DNA of 64,000 nucleotides from Candidatus Calditenuis fumarioli (GTDB taxonomy: Archaea; Thermoproteota; Nitrososphaeria_A; Caldarchaeales; Calditenuaceae), in the NCBI GenBank assembly GCA_030059665.1, contig JANVYR010000001.1, forward strand, positions 672,001 to 736,000, written 5' to 3'. Numbering within the stretch: position 1 is the stretch's first letter; every line of letters starts with the position of its first letter. Of the stretch, positions 16,924 to 25,616 are shown in pieces. The notes below the pieces were generated by a model, which had not been told where the DNA came from, made no database searches, and was given only the letters and a program-made list of their open reading frames with translations. The position numbers and the translations under genes were made by a program.

Positions 16924-17883
16924 ATGGTGAGGTGCAGGGCACTGTACTTCGATGGAACCTCGTTGAGGCTGATAGATGACCACGTGGTGGAGCGCGGCAA
17001 TGAGGTGCTGGTGCGCGTGAGGTACGCAGGCATCTGCGGAACTGATCTCCAGATCCTGCGGGGCTACGCTGGCTTCAGGGGCGTTCCGGGGCACGAGTTC
17101 GTCGGGGTGGTTAAGGAGGCAGACGACCCGAACCTCATCGGGAGGAGGGTTGTCGGTGAGATCAACGTGGCGTGCGGGAAATGCGACATGTGCTCGATCG
17201 GCCTGAGGAGGCACTGCCGCAATAGGACTGTCCTCGGCATCGCAGGACGTCACGGTTCCTTCTCCGAGTACCTGAAGCTTCCTCCAGAGAACCTGCACCC
17301 AGTACCGGACGGTGTGACCGATGAGGAGGCGGTCTTCGTCGAGCCCCTGGCAGCGGCCCTCGAGATCTCCGAGCAGCTTCACATCGAGCCGACGTTCAGG
17401 GCAGCGGTCGTGGGCGACGGCAGGCTAGCTAACCTGATCGCGCAGGTTCTCAGGTACCGCGTTCAGGAGCTCAGGGTCTTCGGTAGACACGAGAGGAAGC
17501 TCCGCCTTCTGGAGGAGCTGGGGATCGAGGTCGCCCTCTCGGTCTCGGAGGAGGACAGGGCCAAGTACGACCTGGTAGTCGAGGCAACCGGGAGGGACTC
17601 GGGGCTGAAGACCGCCATCGAGCTCGTCAGGCCCCGGGGGACCGTAGTCCTCAAGTCCACCATCGCAGGCGAGTACAGGATAGATCTGGCACCGGTCGTG
17701 GTCAACGAGATAAGGCTGGTCGGATCGAGGTGCGGCCAGTTCCCTCCGGCCATCACTGCGCTAAGGCAGAAGCTCGTCGACGTCAGGAGGCTGATCGACG
17801 GGATCTACCCGCTCGAGTCGTACCTCGAGGCCTTCGAGGCCGCCTCCTCACCCGGGACGATGAAGGTGCTCCTGAAACCCTGA
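16924..17883 (+). CDS. Zn-dependent MDR alcohol/polyol dehydrogenase
   Basis: GICGTD, GHEFVG, CGKCDMC...C, VVGDGRLA. Confidence 0.9.
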   Translation: MVRCRALYFDGTSLRLIDDHVVERGNEVLVRVRYAGICGTDLQILRGYAGFRGVPGHEFVGVVKEADDPNLIGRRVVGEINVACGKCDMCSIGLRRHCRNRTVLGIAGRHGSFSEYLKLPPENLHPVPDGVTDEEAVFVEPLAAALEISEQLHIEPTFRAAVVGDGRLANLIAQVLRYRVQELRVFGRHERKLRLLEELGIEVALSVSEEDRAKYDLVVEATGRDSGLKTAIELVRPRGTVVLKSTIAGEYRIDLAPVVVNEIRLVGSRCGQFPPAITALRQKLVDVRRLIDGIYPLESYLEAFEAASSPGTMKVLLKP

Positions 17884-17898
17884 AGGGGTTAGAGACCG

Positions 17899-19074
17899 CT
17901 AATCGATCGAGTAGATCGTGACGTAGGCGTAGTGCCCGGTACCTCCGACGTTGTGGGTCAGCGCCACGCCGTTCCGTATGTCGGCCTGTCTCCCGTTCTC
18001 CGCACGCCTCGTCAGCTGCTTGACGGCCTCCACCGCCATCCCCACCCCGGTCGCGCCGATCGGGTGGCCCTTCGCCTTGAGGCCGCCGTCGAGGTTGACC
18101 GGTATCAGGCCGCCGATGTAGGTCTGGTCCTCGCGGAGGAGCATGTAGCCCTCTCCCCTCCGGGCGAATCCCAGGTCCTCGTACGCCAGGATCTCCGCTA
18201 TCGAGAAGCAGTCGTGGACGGTCGCCACGTCTATCTGCTTGTAGGGCCGGTCGTGGTCTATCCCCGCCTTCTTGTATGCGGCCCTCGCGGCCCTGTAGGC
18301 CGCCTCGAGCCCGAGGAAGTCGGGCCTCTTGGAGAGGTTGGCGGTTCCGCTGGCGTGGCCGATGGCCCTTATCCACACGGGAGAGTCGGTCAGCTTCCTC
18401 GCAACTTCCTCTGACGCGAGGACCACAGCGGCCGCTCCGTCGGTGATCGGCGAGCACTCAAGAAGCTTCAGGGGCCATGCGATGTACCGGGAAGAGAGCA
18501 CCTCCTCCAGCGTGACCTTGCGCTGGAACTGCGCCTTCGGGTTGAGCGAGCCGTAATAATGGTTCTTCACGGCAACGCGGGCTATGTCCTCCTCGGTGGC
18601 TCCGTAGGCGTCCATGTAGGCGGTGGCGTAGAGCGCGTAGTAGCCCGGGAAGGTGAGGCCGAAGTTCTCGAACTCCCAGAAGTAGTTCCCCGCACGGCCG
18701 ATCAGCTCCACCACGTTCGGCGTAGGAGACTCGTTCATCCGCTCAACGCCCAAAGCCATCGCGATGTCGGCGGCGCCGGAGGCGACTGCGTCGTGGGCGA
18801 TCTTGATGGCGGCGCTCCCGGAGGCACAGGCGGCCTCCACCCTGAGCAGACCCGGTGAGTCGAGACCGAGGTACTCCGAGACGACAACGGCCGGTAGGGA
18901 CTCGGAGCTCCAACCCGCCACGTTTCCGACCGCGACGAACTGGACCTCACCGGGCTCCACGCCAGCGTCCCTGAGCGCCTCCCTTCCTGCCTCGAAGGCC
19001 AGCTCCTGCAGGGTCCTGTCGGAGGCCCTTCCGAACCTCGTAATTCCAATGCCTACAACAGCAACCCTCCTCAA
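17899..19074 (-). CDS. Thiolase-family protein (archaeal SCP-x-like acetyl-CoA acetyltransferase)
   Basis: VEAACASG, VHDCF, GGLKAKGHPIGATG, HNVGG. Confidence 0.93.
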   Translation of the reverse strand: MRRVAVVGIGITRFGRASDRTLQELAFEAGREALRDAGVEPGEVQFVAVGNVAGWSSESLPAVVVSEYLGLDSPGLLRVEAACASGSAAIKIAHDAVASGAADIAMALGVERMNESPTPNVVELIGRAGNYFWEFENFGLTFPGYYALYATAYMDAYGATEEDIARVAVKNHYYGSLNPKAQFQRKVTLEEVLSSRYIAWPLKLLECSPITDGAAAVVLASEEVARKLTDSPVWIRAIGHASGTANLSKRPDFLGLEAAYRAARAAYKKAGIDHDRPYKQIDVATVHDCFSIAEILAYEDLGFARRGEGYMLLREDQTYIGGLIPVNLDGGLKAKGHPIGATGVGMAVEAVKQLTRRAENGRQADIRNGVALTHNVGGTGHYAYVTIYSID

Positions 19075-19116
19075 TACCGTTCAATAAACCACCGTTAGGC
19101 AATCTGATAAGTCTTA

Positions 19117-19863
19117 GTGGACGGCACCGGACCGGTGGGAAAGGGTTACGTGATCGCCGGTCAGCGGAGGGCGGGGTTGCTCGGCTGCGCGGTCTTCGAC
19201 CTGGACGGAACGCTGGTGGAGTTCCCACACGAGTGGATCAGGAGGGCGAAGGCGTGCACCGTCGAGAAGCTGATCGACGCGGGCTTCAAGGTCCCGGATG
19301 TTCCTCTGACGAGGCCCCTCTCCGAGATAATGGGGAGGATGGTCAGCCTCAACGGGCCCGATTCTGAGGATGAGATCTACCGGATCGTGGACTCCACGTT
19401 CAGGGAGTTCGAGCTCAGGGCTGCGATGGAGGCCAGGGTCAGGGAGGGAGCTGCGGAGCTGCTGGAGTCGGTGAGGCGGGAGGCCCGAGTCGCGGTGGCC
19501 ACCAACAACTCGAGGGAGGCTGCGTTGAGGTCGCTCCAGGTCGCTGGCCTCAGCGGGTACGTGAGCGTGGTGGTCTCAAGGGACGAGGTGGATCGGATGA
19601 AGCCGGACCCCCAGATGGTCATCAAGGCCGTGAGGGAGTGCAGGTCTCCCCTGAACGGTGCTGTTCACGTGGGTGACTCGTACGTCGACGTCGTCGCCGC
19701 GCGGAGCACCGGCGTCCTCTCCATCGCGGTGCTGGGCGGCGTTTCGAACCTCGAGGAGCTGGTGAGACACAGGCCCCACATAATCGCGAGGGACCTGAAC
19801 GAGGTGAGAATGACGCTGGAGTCGATGATGCTGGGCAGACGCCCACTGGTCCGAAGCGGTTGA
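19117..19863 (+). CDS. HAD-family hydrolase (phosphoglycolate-phosphatase-like)
   Basis: FDLDGTLV, ATNN, MKPDP and HVGDSYVD motifs. Start uncertain. Confidence 0.88.
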   Translation: MDGTGPVGKGYVIAGQRRAGLLGCAVFDLDGTLVEFPHEWIRRAKACTVEKLIDAGFKVPDVPLTRPLSEIMGRMVSLNGPDSEDEIYRIVDSTFREFELRAAMEARVREGAAELLESVRREARVAVATNNSREAALRSLQVAGLSGYVSVVVSRDEVDRMKPDPQMVIKAVRECRSPLNGAVHVGDSYVDVVAARSTGVLSIAVLGGVSNLEELVRHRPHIIARDLNEVRMTLESMMLGRRPLVRSG

Positions 19864-19904
19864 GACGGATGACACTTATTGCCTCCTATTGAGAGGTCGT
19901 CTCG

Positions 19905-20687
19905 GTGCGCAGGTCGAGGTACGTCGCACCTCCGCTGCTCGCGCTGGCGCTGCTACTGCTCTTCCTGCTGATGCCCATGCGGGAGGCCGGATCAGGCCAG
20001 CTCCTCGAGATCGAGCAGCTCATCTCCGTCCCGGGAACGGGCGAACCGAACAGGGTGACCGTCAGGGTGGTCGTCCTCCACTCGGTCGACTGGGGGCCTC
20101 CGAGGAGGGCGAGGTTCGCTGAGGCGGTGGTGATGGTGGGGAGCGAGGTCCGGAGGGTCTCCTTCAACGGCGAGGCGGTCTTCCAGGTCCGGGTTGGGAA
20201 CCACACCGTCTCGGTTTACTGGGCCGACGGCCGGTTCCCCGCCTTCAGGACCAGCGTCCAGGTCCAGCAGGACACCGAGGTGACCGTCCAGTTCACAGAG
20301 CTGAGGGTCAGACCCCAGGCCATCGAGGTGGTGGCCGATCGGCAGATGGGGAGGAGCCTCGTGACGGTAACGGCAGTGGCCCCCGTGAGCGGTGACTTCT
20401 ACGTCGCAACGCCCGTGATAAGGTACGTCGATTGGGAGGGCGAGGTGCTGGTACACCCGTTCATGACCAGGGCCGATCTGGTCTCGGTCATGCCCTACTC
20501 ACTTGACCGGTCGAGGCTTGCGGCCAGCGCTGATGAGGAGACGGGCCTCGGGGACGCCGCCATCGACGCCCAATCCAACGTCATCAGGATCGAGACCACG
20601 GTTCAGGACGTTATCGCTGCGGTGCTGGAGGGGAGCTACGTCCCGGTCCTGGTGATGAACCACACGGTGAGGGCCGTTGCTCGCTGA
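19905..20687 (+). CDS. Hypothetical exported protein
   Basis: Signal-peptide-like N-terminus (RRSRY + LLALALLLLFLL) and beta-rich body; overlaps the next gene. Confidence 0.65.
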   Translation: MRRSRYVAPPLLALALLLLFLLMPMREAGSGQLLEIEQLISVPGTGEPNRVTVRVVVLHSVDWGPPRRARFAEAVVMVGSEVRRVSFNGEAVFQVRVGNHTVSVYWADGRFPAFRTSVQVQQDTEVTVQFTELRVRPQAIEVVADRQMGRSLVTVTAVAPVSGDFYVATPVIRYVDWEGEVLVHPFMTRADLVSVMPYSLDRSRLAASADEETGLGDAAIDAQSNVIRIETTVQDVIAAVLEGSYVPVLVMNHTVRAVAR

Positions 20688-21141
20688 GGAGCTCCTTTAC
20701 AGCCCTCTCTTCCTCATTGCGGTCAACGCCGCTCTTGCGGCCGGAATAGTGCTGGCGGTCAGGCGCTTGAGGTCGGCTGCGAACCAGCAGGTCGAGCAGG
20801 TCCGGGATCCGCACGAGAGGCTGAGGTCCGCGATCCGTGCGGAGGTCAGGGACCCCTCAGAGTACGTGATCGGTGTGGGTAGGGCGCTGATGGGAGAGCT
20901 CCTCGAAATCCGTGAGCTCGGGCTGAGCAGGTCCAGCACCTTCAGGGAGGCCCTCGACGCGCTGGCCTCACACCTCGGTCAACTGGACGGTCTCGATGAG
21001 TTCGCGATGACCTTCGAGAGGGTCAGGTACGGAGGCGAGGTGCCGAGCGGGGAGGAGCTGGAGAGGTACAGGGCTACTGCGCTGGCGATCCTCGAGGCCC
21101 TCGATCGAAGAGCTCCGATGAGACCCTCCAGAGCTCGTTGA
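20677..21141 (+). CDS. DUF4129-domain membrane-anchored protein
   Basis: N-terminal TM helix; SSTFRE...FAMTFERVRYGG motif. Confidence 0.75.
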   Translation: MLAEELLYSPLFLIAVNAALAAGIVLAVRRLRSAANQQVEQVRDPHERLRSAIRAEVRDPSEYVIGVGRALMGELLEIRELGLSRSSTFREALDALASHLGQLDGLDEFAMTFERVRYGGEVPSGEELERYRATALAILEALDRRAPMRPSRAR

Positions 21142-22060
21142 TGGCCCTCCTCGGATACGGTCCAAGGGGGCCGCCGAAGACGATCCCGTCTAGGAATCGG
21201 ACCGGAAGCTCCGAGAGGGACCTCCTTACGTCAGCGGCGTTACCTGATACCGAGAGGGCGAGGGCCAGGTCGTCCGGCAGGACCTCGTGGATCCTCAGCC
21301 AGTCCCCTTTCGAGACCGCGTCGCTGAGCCTCGTCAGGAGGCCCTCTTCAACGCCCAACCGCTCACGCCAGGTTTGTGGCATGCCGAGCAGGACCACGGC
21401 CACGTACGGCTTCACGGTCTTGACCGCCTTGGCCCTCTCCTCATGTAGCGAAGTCAGCACCTCCGCCTCCACCGCGAAGCCTTCCCTACCCGCCGAGGTC
21501 GCGGCGTCACGGGCCCTCCTCGCCGACTCCTCGAGGAACGGAAGGTTGGCCGAGTTGATCAGGACACCGTCACCGACCTTACCCGCGAGCTCCAGCATCC
21601 GCTTCCCCTGAGCGGCCAAGTAGATCGGAACGGTGCCGCGCGGCCTGAAGTCGAGCCTCAGGTGGCCCTCAGTCCTCGAGCCCGTGAGGAGCGTCCTGAC
21701 CGTCACCACAGCCTCCTCCACCCTCCTCAAGGGATCGACCCAGCCGAGGCCCATCGCTTTGAGCGAGACAGGGTCTCCGGCCCCTATCGAGAGCGCCACG
21801 CGGCCCGGAGCGAGTTCCGTCAGGCTCGCGGCGAACTGCGCCATCAGCGCAGGACTGAAGGCGTAGGGGTTGAGCACGCCCATCCCGATTCGCAGAACCC
21901 TGGTCCTCAGCGCGAGGTAGGTCGCGGCCACGACGGAGGACCTGTTGAAGTGGTGCTCGCTGAGCCAGACGGCGTCGTAACCGAGGCGCTCCGCGGTGAC
22001 CGCGTAGACCCTCATCCTCCAGAACGGGTCCTTCGGAACCAGCTCGATCGAGAGCCTCAA
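21074..22060 (-). CDS. LLM-class oxidoreductase, Mer-like (F420-dependent methylene-H4MPT reductase family)
   Basis: AERLGYDAVWLSEH, IGMGVLNPY, ALSIGAGD, IYLAAQGKRML, GDGVLIN. Confidence 0.85.
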   Translation of the reverse strand: MRLSIELVPKDPFWRMRVYAVTAERLGYDAVWLSEHHFNRSSVVAATYLALRTRVLRIGMGVLNPYAFSPALMAQFAASLTELAPGRVALSIGAGDPVSLKAMGLGWVDPLRRVEEAVVTVRTLLTGSRTEGHLRLDFRPRGTVPIYLAAQGKRMLELAGKVGDGVLINSANLPFLEESARRARDAATSAGREGFAVEAEVLTSLHEERAKAVKTVKPYVAVVLLGMPQTWRERLGVEEGLLTRLSDAVSKGDWLRIHEVLPDDLALALSVSGNAADVRRSLSELPVRFLDGIVFGGPLGPYPRRAINELWRVSSELFDRGPRGSPAQ

Positions 22061-22320
22061 ACCTCCAGCCCTCGCCTCCTCAGGACTTCCCTGAACTTCT
22101 CGGGCTCCGTCCTCATCGCGAGCTCGCAGAGGAACTTGAACCCATCAGCGTCGTGGAGGGCCCCTCTCTCGTAGAGGTCGGCGAGCCTCTCTCCCTCTCC
22201 CGGATCGATCAGGTGATGGTTGTAGGTCGTCAGCGCAACGTCCAGGAGGTCCTCGACCAGCTCCCCGAAGTCAGACCTTCCCCTTACGGCCTCGTAGAGC
22301 CCGATCGGGTCCATCCTCAA
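22057..22320 (-). CDS. Hypothetical protein (87 aa)
   Basis: TGA/ATG-type overlap with the Mer-like gene; host-like codon usage. Confidence 0.7.
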   Translation of the reverse strand: MRMDPIGLYEAVRGRSDFGELVEDLLDVALTTYNHHLIDPGEGERLADLYERGALHDADGFKFLCELAMRTEPEKFREVLRRRGLEV

Positions 22321-22358
22321 TCATCTGAACCGATGCAATATTTAGGGGACCGGTTGCG

Positions 22359-23069
22359 ATGTCGCGTGTGGCCTTCGTCAGCAGCAGGGCCAGAGTATTG
22401 GGAAGGGTTCTTCCTGGGGCGGTGATCCTCGGACCGACGGTGGTCGGAGAGCGGAGCCTCATCGACTCCTTCGCGACGCTCGGGTATCCCAAGAGGTCGA
22501 AGCTGCTCGAGCTGAGGGAGGGGAGGCTGGAGGAGCTGGACGCGGTCAGCAACGGTTGCTCCGTCGGTTCGTGGTGCCTGATCAGGAGGGGATGCGTGGT
22601 CTACGAGGACGTCACGCTGATGGACGGCACAGAGCTCGGGCACAACGTCCTCATCCGCTCGGGGAGCGTCGTGGGCCGGAACACCAGGATAGGGACCGGG
22701 ACGCAGCTGGACGGAGAGGTGGTCGTCGGCGACGGCTGCTCGATACAGTCCAACGTCTACCTTCCCCACCTGACCCGGGTCGGATCGAACGTCTTCATAG
22801 GACCGGGGGCGTCCGTGATGAACGACAGGTACCCGCCCAGCGACAGGCTCGAGGGCGTCGAGATAGGTGACGGAGCGGTGATAGGTTCGGGAGCGCTGCT
22901 GGTGGCCGGCATCAGGATCGGGAGAGGTGCGGTGGTGGCCGCTGGGGCCGTCGTCACCCGGGACGTACCCGATGAGGCGGTGGTAGTCGGGGTTCCGGCG
23001 CGGGTCGTGGGAACCAGGTCCGAGTACGACCTGAAGCGCCTCGGCGTGATCAGGCGTCCTCGAGGATGA
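22359..23069 (+). CDS. Hexapeptide-repeat acyltransferase (WbpD/DapD-like N-acetyltransferase)
   Basis: Left-handed beta-helix repeats, NVFIGPGASVMNDRYP, IGRGAVVAAGAVVTRDVP...GVPAR. Confidence 0.88.
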   Translation: MSRVAFVSSRARVLGRVLPGAVILGPTVVGERSLIDSFATLGYPKRSKLLELREGRLEELDAVSNGCSVGSWCLIRRGCVVYEDVTLMDGTELGHNVLIRSGSVVGRNTRIGTGTQLDGEVVVGDGCSIQSNVYLPHLTRVGSNVFIGPGASVMNDRYPPSDRLEGVEIGDGAVIGSGALLVAGIRIGRGAVVAAGAVVTRDVPDEAVVVGVPARVVGTRSEYDLKRLGVIRRPRG

Positions 23070-23724
23070 GGCCGTAAACGGTGCAGGGCGCGCTGTCGAT
23101 GAGGTCGATGGCCAGCGGCGCCACCAGCATCAGGTCGTACCTCTCTGGCTTCCCCTCGAGGTCCATGTCCTCCACGATCAGGAACCTCCTGCCCCTCAGC
23201 AGGACCCTGTGGGCCTCCCTTCCCATCTCCCTCCTGAGCGGGGAGCTGATGCTTATCGCGTCGATCCCGATGGCCCTGAGGTTGCCGAAGGAGGCGATGA
23301 GCCTCGCTGCCTCGACCGAGAGGGAGATCCCGACGTTCGCGTAGGTCTCAGGGTCCCTCGACCTGTGCCGCTGGAGCCCCGTCCTGATCAGGACCGCCTC
23401 GGACGTCCTCAGCTCCTCACCGTACCCTCTCAGGTCCTCCGGTGCGATGACCTCTCCCGGGGACTTGGGGACGTCCAGCACGCGAACTCCCCGGAAGGTC
23501 AGCTCCTCAGGCCCGAACTCGGAGATCCTGGGACCTGCGTCGTCGAAGTGGTTCGGGGCGTCGACGTGGGTGCCGATGTGGTTGGTGAGGGAGAGACGCC
23601 AGGCGTTGGAGCTGTCTCCGCGCGCAATGCTCCTCACCTGCTCCAGAACCGGCCCCTCGTTCCCAGGGTAGACCGGGTCGCCGATTCGGGTCACGTGGGA
23701 CAGCCTGAAAACCCTGAAGCGCAT
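23050..23724 (-). CDS. Cyclase-family (kynurenine formamidase-like) metallohydrolase
   Basis: HIGTHVDAPNHF, GIDAISI and H...LIVEDM motifs. Start reassigned to the ATG at 23724. Confidence 0.9.
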   Translation of the reverse strand: MRFRVFRLSHVTRIGDPVYPGNEGPVLEQVRSIARGDSSNAWRLSLTNHIGTHVDAPNHFDDAGPRISEFGPEELTFRGVRVLDVPKSPGEVIAPEDLRGYGEELRTSEAVLIRTGLQRHRSRDPETYANVGISLSVEAARLIASFGNLRAIGIDAISISSPLRREMGREAHRVLLRGRRFLIVEDMDLEGKPERYDLMLVAPLAIDLIDSAPCTVYGLILEDA

Positions 23725-23842
23725 CGGCTCAACCCGATCCGACCTCAGCATATACCGGTGGTCCGATCCGCGTGTGGCCAAAGCGAGCGTCCATGCCCGG
23801 GTCAGGGGGATGGCCTTTATCAGGTGCAGCAGCTGGGAGGGG

Positions 23843-24892
23843 GTGAGGTTGCGAAGCAAAAGGGAGCTCAAGCTCGGCTACTGGCTGGCGACGGAGCAGC
23901 ACGGCCCTACGAGGCTTATGGAGCTGGCGACCCATGCGGTCATCGCGGGCTTCGACGTCCTCGTGCTAAGCGACCACTTCCACCCGTGGAGGGACAAGGG
24001 AGGTCAGGCACCGCACCCGTGGATAGTGCTCACCGCCATCGCCGAGCGCTTCAAGGGGGTTGAGGTGGGGACCGCGGTGACGACGCCCCTGTTCAGGTAC
24101 CACCCTGCAATAGTCGCGCAGGCCTTCGCAACCCTCGACCACATGTACCCCAACCGGATCTTCATCACCGTCGGAACTGGTCACGCGATGAACGAGGTTC
24201 CACTGGGCTTCGAGTGGCCGGGCTACAAGGAGAAGGTGGGGAGGCTGAGGGAGGCGATCGAGATCATGAAGCTGCTCTGGGAGGGGGACTTCGTCGATTA
24301 CGAGGGGACTTACTACAAGCTCAGGACCGCGAAGCTCTACACCAAGCCCCGCGGAAGGGTGAGGGTTTACGTGGCCACAGCCGATGCGGGCGTTGCGCGG
24401 ATCGCCGGAGCGCTCACCGACGGGATCCTGACGAACCCGAGGGGGATGGAGAACTTCAACGCGCTGGTATCGGCATTCCTGGAGGGCGCTAAGTCCGCCG
24501 GTAAGGACCCGTCGAGCCTCTCACTTTGTCTGGAGTTCAAGGTCTCCTACGACATCGACTACGACAGGGCGCTCCAGGGAGCCCTCTTCTGGGGGCCGAC
24601 CGCGATACCGCGGGAGAAGCGGGAGAAGATCTGGGACCCGAGGGTTCTGGAGAGCATGGTCGGCGAGGCCGAGGTCGAGAAGATCAAGAAGACCTGGCTG
24701 ATCACGAGCGACCCGGACGACATCTACAAGGCTCTGGGCGAGCTGATGAAGCTCGGGTTCGACAGGGTCTACATCCACAGCTCGTCTCCCGACGAGGAGA
24801 AGTTCCTGAGGATGCTGGGGAGGGAGATACTGCCGTGGCTGAGGGAGTACTACAGCTCCCTCCGGGTGCCTCTCAGGGTAGCGCCCGAGTGA
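23843..24892 (+). CDS. LLM-class F420-dependent oxidoreductase (G6PDH/FGD-like)
   Basis: EQHGP, SDHFHPW, YHPAIVAQAFATL, GTGHAMNE, FEGTYY-like motif. Start reassigned to the GTG at 23843. Confidence 0.88.
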   Translation: MRLRSKRELKLGYWLATEQHGPTRLMELATHAVIAGFDVLVLSDHFHPWRDKGGQAPHPWIVLTAIAERFKGVEVGTAVTTPLFRYHPAIVAQAFATLDHMYPNRIFITVGTGHAMNEVPLGFEWPGYKEKVGRLREAIEIMKLLWEGDFVDYEGTYYKLRTAKLYTKPRGRVRVYVATADAGVARIAGALTDGILTNPRGMENFNALVSAFLEGAKSAGKDPSSLSLCLEFKVSYDIDYDRALQGALFWGPTAIPREKREKIWDPRVLESMVGEAEVEKIKKTWLITSDPDDIYKALGELMKLGFDRVYIHSSSPDEEKFLRMLGREILPWLREYYSSLRVPLRVAPE

Positions 24893-25026
24893 GCGGAGCC
24901 CTTCGCGCCCGGTTCCCGATCTGGGCCAGCTCTCCGTTAATTTCCGCTTCCCAAACCGTCGGAGCCGCAGGACAGCGCAAACACTACAAATTGCACCGCG
25001 TATTGCTGACCGGAGCGGGTGGAGGG

Positions 25027-25605
25027 ATGTCCGAGCTGAGGGCTGAGACGACGGCGAAGCCGAAGTACGCGGAGGAGGTCGTCCAGATCCCGGAGGGCGT
25101 GACGGTCGAGGTGGTGGACGAGGTGACGATAAGGGTGAAGGGGCCGCTGGGGGAGCTGGTGAAGTCCTTCGCGAACGCCGGCATCAGGATCTCCAAAACC
25201 GAGAACGGCCTGCTGGTCAGGGTCTACGGGAGGGGCAAGAGGGTCGATGCGATGATCGGGACGTTCAAGGCCGTCTTCAGGAACATGGTGCTGGGCGTGA
25301 CGAAGGGATTCACGTACAAGCTTAAGGTCGTTCAGACCCACTTCCCGATGAACCTGAAGGTGCAGGGGAACAGGCTCGTGATCGAGAACTTCATCGGCGA
25401 GCGCTACCCGAGGGTCGTCGAGATTTTGCCGGGCGTTAAGGTGACAGTGAAGGGCGAGGACGTGATCGTCACCGGGATCGATAGGGAGGCGGTCGGGCTC
25501 GTCGCGGGCCGGATAGAGCAGGCGACCAAGATCAGGAACAAGGACCTCAGGAAGTTCCTCGACGGGATCTACGTCTACTACAAGGGCGTTGGGATCGAGA
25601 AGTAG
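25027..25605 (+). CDS. rpl6: 50S ribosomal protein L6
   Basis: IPEGVTVEV, VKGPLGEL, HFPM, NFIGER, KDLRKFLDGIYVY. ATG at 25027 after GGAGGG. Confidence 0.96.
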   Translation: MSELRAETTAKPKYAEEVVQIPEGVTVEVVDEVTIRVKGPLGELVKSFANAGIRISKTENGLLVRVYGRGKRVDAMIGTFKAVFRNMVLGVTKGFTYKLKVVQTHFPMNLKVQGNRLVIENFIGERYPRVVEILPGVKVTVKGEDVIVTGIDREAVGLVAGRIEQATKIRNKDLRKFLDGIYVYYKGVGIEK

Positions 25606-25616
25606 CCGCACCCCCT

